Made by a program: the position numbers and the translations under genes | Shown here: piece by piece, positions 7,691 to 18,158 of the stretch | Layout: each line of letters starts with the position of its first letter | Numbering within the stretch: the stretch's first letter is position 1 | Notes under the pieces: generated by a model | Seen by the model: the letters and a program-made list of their open reading frames with translations, nothing else | Told to the model about the DNA's origin: nothing | The model's database searches: none | Assembly (NCBI GenBank): GCA_035573955.1 | Contig: DATLZO010000003.1 | Location: 255 to 64,254 of the forward strand | Length of the DNA: 64,000 nt | Direction: 5' to 3' | Source of the DNA: Minisyncoccota bacterium | Lineage (GTDB): Bacteria; Patescibacteriota; Minisyncoccia; UBA6257; GWB1-50-10

Positions 7691-8455
7691 CTAAAAAGCA
7701 GTGAGAATTTCCGAGCCTCTTTCCGTGATAGCAACCGTGTGCTCAAAATGGGCCGATAGGTCGCCATTCTCGGTCTCGAAACTATCGTCTTCCTTCTGGC
7801 GCGCCCGTTCGGATTTCAAGGCCACCATCGGTTCAATGGCGAGCACCATGCCCGGCACAAGCTCAATCCCATCACCTTTGTCACCGTAGTTATAAACTGT
7901 CGGTTCCTCATGGAGCGCGAAACCTACACCGTGGCCGGTGAGATTCCGGATGATCTTGAAACCCGCCTTCTCCACAACACTCTCTACAATATGTCCCACA
8001 TTCCCTAAGCGGTTACCGGGTAAACACTCCTCCAAGGCCTTTTCCAGGGAAGTTTTAGTAGTCTCAATAAGCTTTTTTACCCCGTGCGGAAGGTCGCCGA
8101 TTCCCACCGTGAGAGCCGCGTCGGTGTAATAACCTTTGTAGATCACACCCGCGTCAATTTTTAGGACGTCACCGGACTTCAAGGTGTAGTCCGAAGGTAA
8201 ACCGTGGACTACTATCTCGTTCACCGAAGTGCAGATGGAAGCAGGATAAACCTTCGCCGCTCCCTCCGGCCGGTAGCCCAAAAAGGCGGGTTTGCCGCCA
8301 GATTCCTCGATAAGCTTCCGCGCCAATTCATCCAAGTAAGATAACTTCACGCCGGGCTTCGCCGCCTCTTTCAGAAACTCTAGGACAGATGCGAGAATAA
8401 CCCCCGACTGGCGCAAGAACCCTAAGTCTTTTTCGTTTTTCAAACGCACCTTCAC
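7691..8455 (-). CDS. map: methionine aminopeptidase type I
   Basis: Pita-bread fold motifs (VHGLP, DxGxxxxGYxxD, HE..). Last gene after adk, in the canonical position. Confidence 0.9.
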   Translation of the reverse strand: MKVRLKNEKDLGFLRQSGVILASVLEFLKEAAKPGVKLSYLDELARKLIEESGGKPAFLGYRPEGAAKVYPASICTSVNEIVVHGLPSDYTLKSGDVLKIDAGVIYKGYYTDAALTVGIGDLPHGVKKLIETTKTSLEKALEECLPGNRLGNVGHIVESVVEKAGFKIIRNLTGHGVGFALHEEPTVYNYGDKGDGIELVPGMVLAIEPMVALKSERARQKEDDSFETENGDLSAHFEHTVAITERGSEILTAF

Positions 8456-9135
8456 CGGAGTTTCAGCGCTTTTACTATCTTCGCGTAGACTTTATAGGGC
8501 GCCGGTTCTCCGTCGATCTGTACCACCCGCAGACCCATTTTTCTCGCTTCTTTTATTATTGGGAGTGTCCGATCCTCATACTGTTTCAGACGCACTTTTA
8601 TCACAGCCGGCTTGTCGAGAGTCCGCTTTCTTGCCTTCGCCCCGCAGAGTGCGCAGTTTCTTATCCCCGAAGCGGCTAAGATCGGCAATCCGCAAACAGA
8701 GCAAACAAGCCGGCCTGAATTTCTTTTTATCGAAGTCGCCGCCCGGACAGAAAGCTGGAGTATCGTTACGTGCTTCCGTCCATAAAGCTTGATAAGCGCC
8801 GCGAGAAGCCCGCCGCGACCCCTCTCCCCCAATGCCTCGTATAGCGTCCGCGGCGATCCGCTGAAGATTATGCTGTAGCCCGCCCGGCCGACTTTGGTCG
8901 CCGCGCCTTTCACTATACCCAAGACCCAAGAAGGCGTGTTGAGTTTTCCTGTGTCGAAGAGTTTCCGTTCGCGTGCTATCTGTTTGTCCCGACGCAATTT
9001 CGGGTCGTGAACAATAGATTCAATATGTTTGCCGGTGTCAAAATGGACGAAGCTGTACCCGCTCTCCAAAAGTTCTGCTTGCGTCCCTTTGCCGCTCCCC
9101 GGCGGACCGTAGATAATGACGGCTTGTTTGGACAT
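8452..9135 (-). CDS. adk: adenylate kinase (zinc-lid type)
   Basis: MSKQAVIIYGPPGSGKGTQA P-loop, with a CSVCG...CALCG Cys4 lid. I chose the internal Met because the upstream extension of the ORF has no homology. Confidence 0.85.
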   Translation of the reverse strand: MSKQAVIIYGPPGSGKGTQAELLESGYSFVHFDTGKHIESIVHDPKLRRDKQIARERKLFDTGKLNTPSWVLGIVKGAATKVGRAGYSIIFSGSPRTLYEALGERGRGGLLAALIKLYGRKHVTILQLSVRAATSIKRNSGRLVCSVCGLPILAASGIRNCALCGAKARKRTLDKPAVIKVRLKQYEDRTLPIIKEARKMGLRVVQIDGEPAPYKVYAKIVKALKLR

Positions 9136-9540
9136 GTATTTATCATAGTATTTTCGACGCTTTTTGGGGAGTTTGACCACCACTTGACAAAATTTTAATA
9201 TTGTGTACAATGATTGGCAGGCACTTATATACTTAATCAAGTGGACTGAGCGAGGGTCAGTATTTCCTCGCTCAGTCCCAAAAAGGACAAAAACAAGCTG
9301 TCTGGTCCGGCCCAGGTGGAGAAGGTAGGATCCGCCAAATTGATGCGGCGACCTGCGTGTCGGGCCAGACAGTTCACGCTGACGGGAAGCGATCTACCCG
9401 GCTTTCCCGGTAGTAAGTTTGACAGGGTAGCGATGGGGTATCCGATCCGCGGGACCCCGGGAGCAACAGCGGCCGGCCGCTCCGTGGCTATCAAAGCACG
9501 GAGCGGTTTTTATTTTATATTCAAAAATTTAAAAACCCTC

Positions 9541-10812
9541 CTAAAGTATCCCTTCGTACTCGCGCACCGTAAGCTGGGATTCGATTTGCTTCATCACTTC
9601 AAGCGCTACGGCGACCACGATGAGAAGCGCCGTGCCGCCGATGGTTAAGGTCCGGATGCCAGTCACAAGTTGAGTAAGGTTTGGAAGCACCGCAATAAAA
9701 CCCAGGAAGAGCGCTCCGAAAATGGTGGTGCGGCGGACAACCTGGCTGATGGCTTCCGCAGTCGCCTCTCCTGGACGAATACCGGGAATGAAACCGCCAG
9801 AACGCTGTAAATTCTTAGAAATTTCCGCCGGATCAAAGGTGATGGCAGTGTAGAAATAAGTGAAGACGACTACCAGAAGGAAATAGATCACGCTGTAGAT
9901 AATAAGGTTGTTAAAAATTTTGGTAACAATCTCATTTAACTTCAGTGCAAGGTCGGGCGAGAAAACGGTCGCCGCTTGGGCGATAAATTGCGGAAAAAGG
10001 AGGATAGATATCGCGAAAATGATTGGAATCACGCCTGCTTGGTTCACCTTGAGTGGCAGATAGGTTGCCACTCCCCCGTACATCCGGTTGCCGCGAACCT
10101 GCTTAGCGTAGGAGACTGGGATCTTGCGCTCGCCTTCGTTTACAAAGACCACCGCCGCGATCACAACAACAGAAAGAATGGTAAAGGCGATATAGGTCGG
10201 GAGAACCGCCGGCGTGTAGGAAAGAACACTGGAGGCCACGAATTGGGGCAGGCCGCTCACAATACCGGCGAAGATGAGTAGAGAAACGCCGTTACCTATC
10301 TTGTACTCCGATATAACCTCGCCTATCCACATGAGGAAAACACTCCCAGCGGTGATAACAGCAACATTCGCGAGGAGTCCCTCGGTCGAGAGCGAGGGCA
10401 GAACTTGACGGGAAGCAAGGAGATTTAGAAAACCGTAGGCTTGGAGGACTGCCAAAGGAACCGTAAGCCAACGAGAATAGCGGTTGAACTTGGCCCGACC
10501 TTCGGCGCCCTCTTCATAATAGGCCTTTTTAAGCTGGGGGAAGATTATAGTGAGGAGCTGCATGATAATAACCGCCGTAATGTAAGGACCGACACCGAGC
10601 ATCACGACAGAAAGATTGGAAAGACCACCGCCAGAGAAAATGTTTAAAAAGCCGAAGAGTTGGTTGGAGCTGAAAAACTCATTCAAACGCACAGCATCAA
10701 TGCCCGGGATGGGAATGGCAGCGAGGAGTCGGAAAACTAAAAGCCAAAAGAGAACGAAAAGGATCTTCTTCCTTAAATCGGGAACTTTCCAAATTTGCAG
10801 GATTTTATCCAT
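9541..10812 (-). CDS. secY: preprotein translocase subunit SecY
   Basis: 10-TM protein of about 420 aa in the spc operon position after rplO. Confidence 0.9.
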   Translation of the reverse strand: MDKILQIWKVPDLRKKILFVLFWLLVFRLLAAIPIPGIDAVRLNEFFSSNQLFGFLNIFSGGGLSNLSVVMLGVGPYITAVIIMQLLTIIFPQLKKAYYEEGAEGRAKFNRYSRWLTVPLAVLQAYGFLNLLASRQVLPSLSTEGLLANVAVITAGSVFLMWIGEVISEYKIGNGVSLLIFAGIVSGLPQFVASSVLSYTPAVLPTYIAFTILSVVVIAAVVFVNEGERKIPVSYAKQVRGNRMYGGVATYLPLKVNQAGVIPIIFAISILLFPQFIAQAATVFSPDLALKLNEIVTKIFNNLIIYSVIYFLLVVVFTYFYTAITFDPAEISKNLQRSGGFIPGIRPGEATAEAISQVVRRTTIFGALFLGFIAVLPNLTQLVTGIRTLTIGGTALLIVVAVALEVMKQIESQLTVREYEGIL

Positions 10813-10816
10813 AGGA

Positions 10817-11233
10817 TTATTTTACACTGCCGCCGGCTTTCTCAATCTTCGTCTTAGCCGAGGCGGATACCTCGAGACCCGAGACAGCAATAGGCGATTT
10901 TATCTCGCCACCGGCTAAAATCTTGACTCTTTCCCATTTCTTCTTAATGAAACCTTTTTTAAGAAGTGTTTCGCGGTCCAGTGTACCGCCTTCGGCAAGA
11001 TGCACCATGTCGCCAACATTCAAGACGCGGGCAGGGCGCCGACGCGGCTTATTTTTCACACCCCGAAGCTTCGGCAGGCGCATTAAAAGATCGCGCTCAG
11101 CCGGCCGTATGCGGCGGCCGGCGCGGGCTTTTTGACCCTTCTGACCGCGACCGGAAGTCGTGCCGCGCTTACCGCCGCGGCCAACCCTTTTCTTATTCCT
11201 CGCGTATGGGTTTTTAAGATTGTGGAACTGCAT
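10817..11233 (-). CDS. rplO: 50S ribosomal protein L15
   Basis: Gly/Arg/Lys-rich RVGRGGKRGTTSGRG motif. Located between rpsE and secY. Confidence 0.9.
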   Translation of the reverse strand: MQFHNLKNPYARNKKRVGRGGKRGTTSGRGQKGQKARAGRRIRPAERDLLMRLPKLRGVKNKPRRRPARVLNVGDMVHLAEGGTLDRETLLKKGFIKKKWERVKILAGGEIKSPIAVSGLEVSASAKTKIEKAGGSVK

Positions 11234-11735
11234 TTTCTTGTTTTTTCTCCCTTGGTTTCATTTTTTTAAGGGCCTCGAGTGCGGCCCGGGCGTTAGAAAT
11301 CTTGCTCGTCGTCCGACCCATAATCTTCGCCGAAACGTCGCGCACACCTGCAAGTTCCAAAACCGGACGCACGGCGCCTCCAGCAATGAGACCGTGGTTA
11401 GGTCTTGCAGGCTTCAAACGGACGCGTGCTGCCCCGTACTTGGCTTCCACATCGTAGAAGAGAGTCCGATCATCTTTCAGAGGTATCTTAATCATGCTCT
11501 TCTTTGCCTGGATTTTGGCCTTCCCTATCGCTGATGCAACGTCCAAACCCTTCGCCACACCCAAACCGACCCGGCCTTTCATATCGCCCAAAACCACTGA
11601 AGCGCGGAAACTGAAGCGCTTGCCGCCCGCAACGACGCGAGTCACACGGCGGATTTCGAGCGTTTTCTCCTTAAACTCGCTTATCTCTCGCGGAGAACGC
11701 CTCCCCCTGAATCTATTGAAACTTTGGTTCATCAT
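11214..11735 (-). CDS. rpsE: 30S ribosomal protein S5
   Basis: RVTRVVAGGKRFSFRASVVLGD motif. Start set at an internal Met to avoid overlap with rplR. No L30 gene lies between S5 and L15. Confidence 0.85.
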   Translation of the reverse strand: MMNQSFNRFRGRRSPREISEFKEKTLEIRRVTRVVAGGKRFSFRASVVLGDMKGRVGLGVAKGLDVASAIGKAKIQAKKSMIKIPLKDDRTLFYDVEAKYGAARVRLKPARPNHGLIAGGAVRPVLELAGVRDVSAKIMGRTTSKISNARAALEALKKMKPREKKQENAVPQS

Positions 11736-11739
11736 GGTT

Positions 11740-12105
11740 TTAGAACTCCAATCCTTTAGCCCTCGCCGCATCGGCTAATGCCTTTACGCGGCCGTGATAG
11801 CGGTACTGACCGCGGTCAAAAACGACTTTCTTCACATTCTTTTCCAGGGCGCGCTCTGCAATAAGCTCGCCAACTGCCCTCGCGCTTGTTAATTTCGGAC
11901 CTTTTACCTTTGATTTCTTCATAAGTTCGAGCGAGGAAGCAGAAGCGATTGTCACTCCCTTCGAATCGTCTATCAATTGGGCGTAGATGTGGCGGTTTGC
12001 CCGGAAAACTGAGAGTCTCGGGCGAAATGAAAAGGCGCGGAACTTCATTCTAACCCGCTTTTTCCTCCTTATTATCGCCGGTTTTCTGCCTTTCAAATTT
12101 CTCAT
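11740..12105 (-). CDS. rplR: 50S ribosomal protein L18
   Basis: Motif and operon position. Confidence 0.9.
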   Translation of the reverse strand: MRNLKGRKPAIIRRKKRVRMKFRAFSFRPRLSVFRANRHIYAQLIDDSKGVTIASASSLELMKKSKVKGPKLTSARAVGELIAERALEKNVKKVVFDRGQYRYHGRVKALADAARAKGLEF

Positions 12106-12112
12106 ATCTTTT

Positions 12113-12673
12113 TTATGATGCGCTTGCCGTCGCCGCGGCTTTCTTACCAGCTTTGCGGCGGATAACCTCGTCTGAGTATCGGAAACCCTTGCCTTTGTAT
12201 GGCTCCGGTTTCTTCAGTGCCCGGATCTCAGCCGCAACCCGGCCGACCAGTTCCTTGTCAAAACCCTTTATCTTCAGAATGGTGTTTTTTTCCACTTCGA
12301 ACTGTATCCCCGGCACTGCCGCGTAGCGGACGGGGTGGGAAAAACCGAGGTTCATCTCCAGATTCTCACCGGACTTCATGACACGGTAACCCACACCCTC
12401 AAGGATAAGTGTCTTCTCGAAGCCTTTCATAAGACCCAAGACAGCATTCGCAACGAGCGCCCGAGTCGTCCCCCAGTTCGACTTGTTTTGTTTGGTGGAA
12501 TTGGTCATAGAAAATGTCAATTCTCTCTTTGTCTCGTCGTAGACAACATCCACGCCGTGGAGAACGGGGACTTTAAGCTCGTTCTTATCTTTCCGGACTA
12601 TTACGAAACCGCCATCGATTTTCACTTCGATGCCCTCTGGAACGATTATCTTTTGCTTGCCGATCTTGGACAT
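12113..12673 (-). CDS. rplF: 50S ribosomal protein L6
   Basis: Two-domain L6 sequence ([14 protein letters not shown]..) in the spc operon. Confidence 0.9.
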   Translation of the reverse strand: MSKIGKQKIIVPEGIEVKIDGGFVIVRKDKNELKVPVLHGVDVVYDETKRELTFSMTNSTKQNKSNWGTTRALVANAVLGLMKGFEKTLILEGVGYRVMKSGENLEMNLGFSHPVRYAAVPGIQFEVEKNTILKIKGFDKELVGRVAAEIRALKKPEPYKGKGFRYSDEVIRRKAGKKAAATASAS

Positions 12674-12700
12674 GTTTTTATTTATAGTAAGTTTATCGAA

Positions 12701-13072
12701 CTACCAAATCTCGAAAAGTAGTTCTCCGCCGACCTTGGAACGGCGCGCGTCCTCGCCAGTCATTATTCCCTTCGGGGTGGAAACAACAAGAAGACCGTGG
12801 CCACCCTTCACCCGCCTGAACGAAACGTATTTACCGTAGCGGCGGAGCGACGGACGACTCAGGAATTTAATTCCTTGGATCGGACGCTCGGGGTTCAATT
12901 CCAGGTCCATCACTTTCTTGAAAGAGCGGCCTTTCACGTCGACGGACACGAGAAATCCGAAACGCTTTAATATCTCGGCCACAGTCTGATCGTTCTTGGT
13001 GTGGGGAACCTTAACCGTACCCTTGCCGGAGAGACTTGCGTTCTTAATGCGTATTAAAAGGTCAATATACAT
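12701..13072 (-). CDS. rpsH: 30S ribosomal protein S8
   Basis: DLLIRIKNA motif. Confidence 0.9.
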   Translation of the reverse strand: MYIDLLIRIKNASLSGKGTVKVPHTKNDQTVAEILKRFGFLVSVDVKGRSFKKVMDLELNPERPIQGIKFLSRPSLRRYGKYVSFRRVKGGHGLLVVSTPKGIMTGEDARRSKVGGELLFEIW

Positions 13073-13076
13073 GTTA

Positions 13077-13262
13077 TTACCAGCTCGACTTCTTCACACC
13101 CGGAATCTCGCCACGACTCGCCATTTCCCGGAAACAAATACGGCACATGTTGAAGTCGCGCATGTAGGCCCGCCTCCGCCCGCAACGGAAACAGCGCCGG
13201 ACGATTCTCGTCGGATACTTCGGCTTCTTTCTTGCCCTTGCGATGACGGATTTTTTGGCCAT
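13077..13262 (-). CDS. rpsZ: 30S ribosomal protein S14 (zinc-binding Z type, 61 aa)
   Basis: [17 protein letters not shown] Cys4 motif. Confidence 0.9.
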   Translation of the reverse strand: MAKKSVIARARKKPKYPTRIVRRCFRCGRRRAYMRDFNMCRICFREMASRGEIPGVKKSSW

Positions 13263-13271
13263 AATTGCGGT

Positions 13272-13751
13272 TTATTTGCTTTGTAATGGTACTCCGACCG
13301 ACTTGTAAAAATCAATCGCTTTTTCGCGGTTCTTAATATCGGTCACAACTGTGACCTGCAACCCGAAGTTTGCTTTAGACTTTTCGGCCACAATCTCGGG
13401 AAAAACAAGCTGGTCCTTGAAGCCAATATTCAGATTCCCGGCATGGTCGACGTTACGGAGAGGAAGTCCGCGGAAATCTTTCACCCGCGGTAGAACAAAG
13501 CTGATGAGACGAATGAAGAAATCCTGCATCCGCTTGCCCCGCAGAGTCGTCTGGAGACCGACGATGTCGCCCTCCCTCGTCTTGAAACCGGCGATGGATT
13601 TCTTTGCCGCCCGTGGCGCCGGCTTTTGACCGGTGATAAGTGCAACTTCTTTCATTACCTCCGGAAGTATCTTATCCTCGAAACCCGAAATACTCCGGAG
13701 TTTACCGAGGCCAATGTTAACGACGATCTTCTTTAAATGGCTTTTTTTCAT
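13272..13751 (-). CDS. rplE: 50S ribosomal protein L5
   Basis: Motif and operon position. Confidence 0.9.
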   Translation of the reverse strand: MKKSHLKKIVVNIGLGKLRSISGFEDKILPEVMKEVALITGQKPAPRAAKKSIAGFKTREGDIVGLQTTLRGKRMQDFFIRLISFVLPRVKDFRGLPLRNVDHAGNLNIGFKDQLVFPEIVAEKSKANFGLQVTVVTDIKNREKAIDFYKSVGVPLQSK

Positions 13752-13757
13752 GGTCTT

Positions 13758-14063
13758 CTAAAACGCGCTCTTGCATTTCTTGCAGTAACGAGTCTTCGTC
13801 TTGCCTTCTATCCTGTATCCAACCCGGACCGCTCTGCCGCACGAGGGACAAACGAGCATAACGTTCGGGACCATGAGCGGCCGAGCGACGAAAACCGTCT
13901 CGCCCTTTTCACCCTGGCGCTTCGCTCGGACATGTTTCTTGTAAAGGTTAACCCCCTCGATCAGAACTGTACCGGACTTGTAGTCAACATTAATAACCTT
14001 GCCGGTCTTTCCCCGCTCCTTACCCTTCATAACTTTTACATTGTCTCCTTTCCTGATATTCAT
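13758..14063 (-). CDS. rplX: 50S ribosomal protein L24 with C-terminal Cys4 zinc-ribbon extension
   Basis: KOW motif KGDNVKVMKGKERGKTGKV, plus a C-terminal CPSCG...CKKC segment. Start set at an internal Met. Confidence 0.85.
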   Translation of the reverse strand: MNIRKGDNVKVMKGKERGKTGKVINVDYKSGTVLIEGVNLYKKHVRAKRQGEKGETVFVARPLMVPNVMLVCPSCGRAVRVGYRIEGKTKTRYCKKCKSAF

Positions 14064-14067
14064 GGCA

Positions 14068-14433
14068 TTAAACGAGCTCCTCAGCAAGTGATGCAATTGT
14101 GTCGTAACCTTTTTCCTTTATCTCGCGGGGAATAGGCCCGAAAATGCGGGTCGCCCGCGGTTCCTTTTTATCGATCAGGACGACCGCGTTTTCATCGAAG
14201 CGGAGATACGAACCATCGGGCCGTCGCAGGGGTTTTCGCTGCCGGACGACGAGTGCCCGGACCACATCTTTCTTTTTCACCGTTTTACGCGGTTCGACAA
14301 CCTGTATTGAGGCGACAACGATATCACCTATGCCGGCGTAGCGGCGCTTCGAACCTCCGAGAATCCTAAAGACACGGACAGTCTTCGCGCCCGAGTTATC
14401 GGCTACTTTTAAGATGGAACGCTCTTGAATCAT
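14068..14433 (-). CDS. rplN: 50S ribosomal protein L14
   Basis: [17 protein letters not shown]. Confidence 0.9.
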   Translation of the reverse strand: MIQERSILKVADNSGAKTVRVFRILGGSKRRYAGIGDIVVASIQVVEPRKTVKKKDVVRALVVRQRKPLRRPDGSYLRFDENAVVLIDKKEPRATRIFGPIPREIKEKGYDTIASLAEELV

Positions 14434-14503
14434 GGTATGCTAACGGTTTCAGTGAATAGGCTCTTGTGAATATTCATGGATTCGCGCAATTCGTAGATCC
14501 GCA

Positions 14504-14734
14504 TTAGTTTATTTTCCGGATTATTATCCATTTTTTCTCTTTAGACAAAGGTCTTGATTCCTGGATAATAACCTTATCTCCCGATTTATACTCGTTCTTC
14601 TCGTCGTGGGCTTTAAACCGGGTTGTCACCTTGAAATACTTACCGTAGCGAGGATGCTTCTTCATGCGTTCTACCGCCACCACTCTTGTCTTATTCATTT
14701 TGTCGGACACGACAGTCCCTTGAATCTTTCTCAT
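14504..14734 (-). CDS. rpsQ: 30S ribosomal protein S17
   Basis: 76-aa OB-fold sequence at the expected position. Confidence 0.9.
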   Translation of the reverse strand: MRKIQGTVVSDKMNKTRVVAVERMKKHPRYGKYFKVTTRFKAHDEKNEYKSGDKVIIQESRPLSKEKKWIIIRKIN

Positions 14735-14739
14735 GTTCT

Positions 14740-14952
14740 TTATTTAACGGTTCGTTCTCGCGCCCGTTCGCGCTTGATGGTCAAAAGTTGAGCTAAACTC
14801 TTTCTTATCTGTCTGATCTCCCTGATATTCTTCACTTTTCCGAGCGCCAAGTCCATCTTTAATGCGTTTAGGCGCTCCTCGTAATGCCGGATCTCCTTAT
14901 CCACCTCGGGCGTGGTTTTGGCTCTGAAATTTTGCAGTTCTTTTCTTTTCAT
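14740..14952 (-). CDS. rpmC: 50S ribosomal protein L29
   Basis: 70-aa helical protein at the expected position. Confidence 0.85.
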   Translation of the reverse strand: MKRKELQNFRAKTTPEVDKEIRHYEERLNALKMDLALGKVKNIREIRQIRKSLAQLLTIKRERARERTVK

Positions 14953-14956
14953 GATT

Positions 14957-15370
14957 TCAGGATTTCACGATTATCTTGGTGATGACCGGAAGCTTGTGGC
15001 CGGCGACGCGGAGCGCCTCGGTAGCGGCTTTCTCCGACACACCGTCTATTTCGAAAAGAATCCTGCCGGGCTTCACAGGCACAACATAGTGGCTCACGTC
15101 TCCCTTGCCCCCTCCTAAGGTAACCTCGGGCGGCAAGGCAGTCACGGGTTTGTCGGGGAAAACGCGGATCCATATCCTTCCCTCTCTCTTTAGGGAATGG
15201 GTTATCGCCTTCCTGGCTGCCTCGATCTGGGCCGAAGTAACCCAGGCCGCCGAGCGTGCCTGCAAGCCGAAACTGCCGAAAGCGAGATGTACACCCCTTG
15301 TCTCCTTCATCCTTCCCCGAGAACGCCCTTTATGCATCTTTCTGTGCTTTTGTTTTTTAGGTTGAAGCAT
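14957..15370 (-). CDS. rplP: 50S ribosomal protein L16
   Basis: MLQPKKQKHRKMHKGR N-terminus. Confidence 0.9.
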   Translation of the reverse strand: MLQPKKQKHRKMHKGRSRGRMKETRGVHLAFGSFGLQARSAAWVTSAQIEAARKAITHSLKREGRIWIRVFPDKPVTALPPEVTLGGGKGDVSHYVVPVKPGRILFEIDGVSEKAATEALRVAGHKLPVITKIIVKS

Positions 15371-15373
15371 GAT

Positions 15374-16069
15374 TTATTGGTTAAACTTACTCGGCTTATC
15401 GCTCTTCTCTTCAAAAATATCCCCTTTGTAGAGCCAGACCTTGATACCTACGGTGCCATAGGTTGTGTAAGCGGTCGCTTCGCCATAATCTATGTTCGCC
15501 CGGAGAGTCTGGAGCGGCATCCGGCCGAAGGCCTGCCAATCGCTCCTCGAAATTTCCGCGCCGTTAAGACGACCGGAAATTTTTATCTTCCCGCCCTTCA
15601 CACCCTTATTCTGCTTCAGTCCCTCCATCTGCTGGCGCATTGCCGTACGGTAAGGTAAACGCCGCTCAATGTCGAAAGCAACCTGCTGAGCAACAACGGA
15701 AGCGGAAATTTCCATCCGCTTCAATTCCTCGACATTCAGATTGAGAGTGAAATTACCCTTCCAGCCGGCTTTACGGCGAAGAGCTTTTATTTCTTTCAAA
15801 AGCTCGTTCCTTAGATCCTCGATCCCCTTACCACCCCGACCAATGATTAGGCCGGGCCTGGCCGCCCGGATAGACACCCTAATACCGTCGCCGGTCCGCT
15901 CGATTTCGATGCCGGCGATGCCGGCCTGGAGAATCTTCCTCTTCACGACTTTGCGTATAAGTTCGTCCTCCTGCAAGAAAAAGCGGCGGTCTTTGCGAAA
16001 GAACCATTGACTCGACCACTTGGTTGTTACTCCCAGTCGGAGCGCATTCGGTTTTGTCTTTTGGGCCAT
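15374..16069 (-). CDS. rpsC: 30S ribosomal protein S3
   Basis: KH domain and S3-C domain, 231 aa. Confidence 0.9.
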   Translation of the reverse strand: MAQKTKPNALRLGVTTKWSSQWFFRKDRRFFLQEDELIRKVVKRKILQAGIAGIEIERTGDGIRVSIRAARPGLIIGRGGKGIEDLRNELLKEIKALRRKAGWKGNFTLNLNVEELKRMEISASVVAQQVAFDIERRLPYRTAMRQQMEGLKQNKGVKGGKIKISGRLNGAEISRSDWQAFGRMPLQTLRANIDYGEATAYTTYGTVGIKVWLYKGDIFEEKSDKPSKFNQ

Positions 16070-16102
16070 GGCTTTAAATGATTGAACAATCGAGCTTTTA
16101 AA

Positions 16103-16618
16103 TCAAACCGACTTCCGGCGGAAAATTTTTCGAAGAAAACCGGGCTGCGCCTTCGGTTTTTCGACCGTTTTCTTCTCCTTCGGCGCCTCCTTTTCCTTAA
16201 CCTCTTTCTTTTCCTTTGGTAGCTTCACCTTCTTCTCTTTCTTGGGCTTGCCGATCAAGGTAAATTTTGATGCCTTGGGCTTCACCATCTTCCCGAGAAC
16301 TATGGTCACATGGCTCATTTTTTTCTCGATCAACGTCGCCCGCCCGAAAGCCCGCGGCATGAAACGCTTGAGACGCGGCCCTTGGTCGACTTTGATTTCC
16401 TTCACATAGAGCGAGTTTGGCGAGAGAGATTCTTTTTTAGCATTAGCTACAGCCGAGCGGAGTAGCTTCAGGATAGCGGCAGCGGGGCGGCGATTATTAG
16501 CCATCAATTGAACCTCCGCTTCCTCAATAGAAAGGCCGCGCACCAAATCCGCCACGAATCTGACCTTTCGGGGCGATATTTTCAGATACTTCAGTTTTGC
16601 TGTCACAGTTTCTCTCAT
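16103..16618 (-). CDS. rplV: 50S ribosomal protein L22 with Lys/Glu-rich C-terminal tail
   Basis: L22 core, followed by KPKKEKKVKLPKEKKEVKEKEAPKEKK low-complexity extension. Confidence 0.85.
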   Translation of the reverse strand: MRETVTAKLKYLKISPRKVRFVADLVRGLSIEEAEVQLMANNRRPAAAILKLLRSAVANAKKESLSPNSLYVKEIKVDQGPRLKRFMPRAFGRATLIEKKMSHVTIVLGKMVKPKASKFTLIGKPKKEKKVKLPKEKKEVKEKEAPKEKKTVEKPKAQPGFLRKIFRRKSV

Positions 16619-16629
16619 TTTTTACGGGA

Positions 16630-16959
16630 TTATTTCTTTGCTCCTGCTGTGGGCGCGCCAGGCGGGTTTGCCGTTTTCGCCTGCATCTCAAGCTCTTTCT
16701 GAATTTTGCCGCCGTGCCTTGTAAACCGCCGGGTCGGGGCAAACTCGCCGAAACGGTGGCCAACCATATCCTCAGAAACTTTCACCTCAACAAAAGTCTT
16801 GCCGTTGTGAACACCGAAAATGAAACCAACCATCTCCGGAGAGATTTCGGAATCGCGCGACCAAGTTTTGATGATCTCCCGCGAACCGGGAGTGAGTTTA
16901 GAAACCTTTTTCAATAATTTCGGGTCAACGTACGGCCCTTTTTTGCTTGAACGAGACAT
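16630..16959 (-). CDS. rpsS: 30S ribosomal protein S19
   Basis: [11 protein letters not shown] motif, with a C-terminal Ala/Pro-rich tail. Confidence 0.9.
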   Translation of the reverse strand: MSRSSKKGPYVDPKLLKKVSKLTPGSREIIKTWSRDSEISPEMVGFIFGVHNGKTFVEVKVSEDMVGHRFGEFAPTRRFTRHGGKIQKELEMQAKTANPPGAPTAGAKK

Positions 16960-16963
16960 GTTT

Positions 16964-17785
16964 TTATTTTCTTCTCTTCAAAATCATCTTGTTCGACCAC
17001 TTCTTTCGCTTTCTTGTCTTACGACCGCCGGTAATGTTGCCCCATTTATCCTTGGGTCTCTTAGTGCCGCGCTGGGTGCGGCCTTCACCGCCACCGTACT
17101 TGTGGTCGCGCGGGTTCATAACCGAAGCCCGGACGGTTGGCCGGATGCCCAGATGCCTTGAACGCCCAGCTTTGCCAATGGTGACGAGATTGTGCTCGAT
17201 ATTTGACACCTGACCGATGGAAGCCCGGCATTCCCAAGAAACTTTTCGCACTTCGCCTGAAGGCATTTTGAGATGAGTATAGCCATCCTCATTCGCAAGA
17301 ATTTGAACCGATGTCCCTGCCGAACGACCGATCTGGCCGCCGCGTCCGGTGTGCAATTCGACGTTGTGGACAAAAGTTCCAACTGGGATCCGTTTCAGAA
17401 TCGTCCGGTTGCCAACCTCGAATGGTGCAGTGTCGGAATTCACTATTTCTGCTCCGACCTTCAAACCATTCGGTGAAAGTATGTAACGTCGCTCGCCGTC
17501 GCGATAGACCACGAGGGCGATGAAAGCGGTGCGGTAAGGGTCATATTCAACTGTTTCCACTCGCCCCGGGATGTTCAGTTTGTCGTTTCGGAAATCTACC
17601 AGCCGGTAAAGCGACTTGGCACCGCCGCCCTGATGGCGCATCGTTATCCTCCCCTGAGAATTCCGACCGGCGCGCTTCGATAGACGGCGAAGAAGCGTTT
17701 TTTTGGGCGAAACTTTAGAAAGCCCGCTGTAGTCAGGGTTAGTTATGAATCTGCGCGAATGTGTTGTCGGTTTGTAGGATTTCAT
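16964..17785 (-). CDS. rplB: 50S ribosomal protein L2
   Basis: 273 aa with a GGGEGRT-like C-terminal motif. Confidence 0.9.
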   Translation of the reverse strand: MKSYKPTTHSRRFITNPDYSGLSKVSPKKTLLRRLSKRAGRNSQGRITMRHQGGGAKSLYRLVDFRNDKLNIPGRVETVEYDPYRTAFIALVVYRDGERRYILSPNGLKVGAEIVNSDTAPFEVGNRTILKRIPVGTFVHNVELHTGRGGQIGRSAGTSVQILANEDGYTHLKMPSGEVRKVSWECRASIGQVSNIEHNLVTIGKAGRSRHLGIRPTVRASVMNPRDHKYGGGEGRTQRGTKRPKDKWGNITGGRKTRKRKKWSNKMILKRRK

Positions 17786-17795
17786 GGTTGCATTG

Positions 17796-18155
17796 TCAGC
17801 TTATCTCGAGTTTCTCGCCCTTCGCGAGCGTTACCACTGCCTTCTTAAAACCGGAGGCGCGGCCAAAGACATTACCGACGCGCTTGGTTTTGCTCTTCTG
17901 GCGGATGATATTTACGGAGGCGACTTTCACTCCGTAGCGGCGACTTACTTCCTTGCCAACCTCATTCTTGTTCGCGGACTTGTTGACCAGAAAAACGTAC
18001 TGGTTGTAAACGCCAAGGCTTGCTGCCTTCTCGCTCAGCCAGGCTTTTCTTATCAGCTTGAAATTAGCCGGTGCATGAACAATGCCGACATCGCCCTTCG
18101 GTGCAACTGGTTCTCCCTTATTGATTTTCTTGGATCTGGATCTTAGGAAAGCCAT
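17796..18155 (-). CDS. rplW: 50S ribosomal protein L23
   Basis: L23 core with N-terminal extension. Located between rplD and rplB. Confidence 0.85.
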   Translation of the reverse strand: MAFLRSRSKKINKGEPVAPKGDVGIVHAPANFKLIRKAWLSEKAASLGVYNQYVFLVNKSANKNEVGKEVSRRYGVKVASVNIIRQKSKTKRVGNVFGRASGFKKAVVTLAKGEKLEIS

Positions 18156-18158
18156 TTG

